A model generated the notes under the pieces. That model did not search any database. It was not told the origin of the DNA and worked only from the letters and a program-made list of their open reading frames with translations. Of a stretch of 64,000 nt of DNA, positions 62,557 through 64,000 are shown one piece after another (within the stretch, counting starts at the first letter, position 1; every line of letters starts with the position of its first letter). Source of the DNA: Rotaria socialis. Its lineage: Eukaryota. Made by a program: the position numbers and the translations under genes. The stretch is taken from contig CAJNYD010000557.1 in assembly GCA_905331295.1 (NCBI GenBank), positions 1 to 64,000 on the forward strand. The letters run 5' to 3'.

Positions 62557-64000
62557 ATTTCAAATTTCACTGAGTCCGTTTCTAAAACTGTTCCGTAATT
62601 GTTTTGCTTCTCTGATTTTAGCATTTGCATGATGAAATAGATTTCTATCTTTTTAACTTTGGTCTTAAGCAAAAATTCAGCTAAGAAAACAAATGCTGGA
62701 GTTCTGTAAGAAATAACGCTTTCTATTTATCAGTATAAAAAAGTCAGATTTCAAATAACTATTTTTAAGTGTTTCAAAGATAGACAATAAAATGACACTT
62801 TCTATTATGAAGCATCCATTATTTTTGACAATCAAGAAAATATTACATCTTCGTGGTTGATACTATATCGGTACATATTTACATATTAATCCGTTTGTAA
62901 TTTTCGATCTCATTCAGATAAAATAAAAATTATATCGGTAGAGAGAACGTAAAAAATCTAAAAGCACAAATTGAAATTATTTCGGTGAAATACGTATATT
63001 CAAATCTTCAACAAATTCCAATGAGATAATTCTTTTCTTGTTATCTTTTTTCTGAATGAAACATTCTTTTTCTATTTTCGTTGTTTCATTATCGTCTCTT
63101 CTAATTCATCAGCATGCACATAAATACACATTCTATATGTATGAATGAAAACGAAGAAAACGAAAGAACGACGACTGAAAAAGAATAGTCCATTCACCAA
63201 AAAGAAACAGACAGAGAAGTTCGCACTTGGAATTCTGTTTAAGAATTTTTTCGGAACTTGATCATAATCAAGACATTCATATTCCTTGCTCAGTTTTTTT
63301 GTGCTCTTTCTAACGATATAATTTATGTATATATATCTTAATGAGACCGATAATTTATAATTAATTTATATTTCCATTTAATGTTTTCAGCTAATATGAC
63401 GACTGATTCAACAACAACATGAGAGAAATTGTTCGAAAATGTAAAACACTGTTGCTTTATATTTCCCATCATTGTAAATCATCTTTTTTAGATACAATTT
63501 GGTCGCATATTGGAGGTAGTATTACATAATATAAATGCTGACGACAATATGGCAGAGACACAAAAGCAAGAACATGTTATGAAACGTGAAATGACATCGA
63601 ATTGTATTAATGAACAAGTGGGAAAAGTTTACCAGTGTCTATATAAAAACAAAAGTGAGTAAAATAGAAGTACTTTATTACTATTAGCACCCGATTATTT
63701 TAATGCACTTGATAATGATAACGACATTGATAATGAACAACTCGCATCACAAGTAAAACATTATATTTATATTTATCATAATTATTCGTATGGTTTCTTT
63801 TGATTTTTTCCCCGCTGCAATGATTTCAACAGTATAAAATGATGATACGATAATTTGGCAATTACAAAAGCCATTAGGTCAATTATTCATATGAAAGAAA
63901 ACCTCGTTTAAATACGCTCTGAGTTTTGTAATTGACATTTTCTGAATTATTAATTTCCGTTTTATAGAATAATCTTGCGCGTATTGAATTTAACATTTTT

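Overview
AT-rich eukaryotic (animal) genomic DNA with many short (~50-75 nt) spliceosomal introns. The mix of metazoan genes, bacterial-type genes and an ART-NHL fusion suggests a bdelloid rotifer, but this is inference only. Genes reconstructed by hand: a HEPN-TPR-Sel1-OB-like-MYND gene broken by one in-frame stop; a bacterial-type fasciclin pseudogene missed by the ORF track; two divergent NRARP-like ankyrin genes flanking an LRR-like membrane protein gene; a 12-exon soluble adenylyl cyclase (ADCY10-like); an ADP-ribosyltransferase-NHL fusion; an intronless secreted YfeW/PBP4b-like serine hydrolase (probable horizontal transfer); GOPC; a tandem selenoprotein T pair; a Pro/Ser-rich ORF; a RERG/RASL-like GTPase; and a secreted LRR protein. 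In the SelT pair one copy has Cys and the other has an in-frame UGA plus a canonical SECIS, which is separated from its CDS by a ~600 bp foldback MITE. The window also holds many small TEs: hAT-like, TA/TTA-target, MULE/FLYWCH-derived and DINE-1-like elements, and a 5'-truncated LINE with a 16 bp TSD. All family assignments come from motif recognition by eye; no database search was run.
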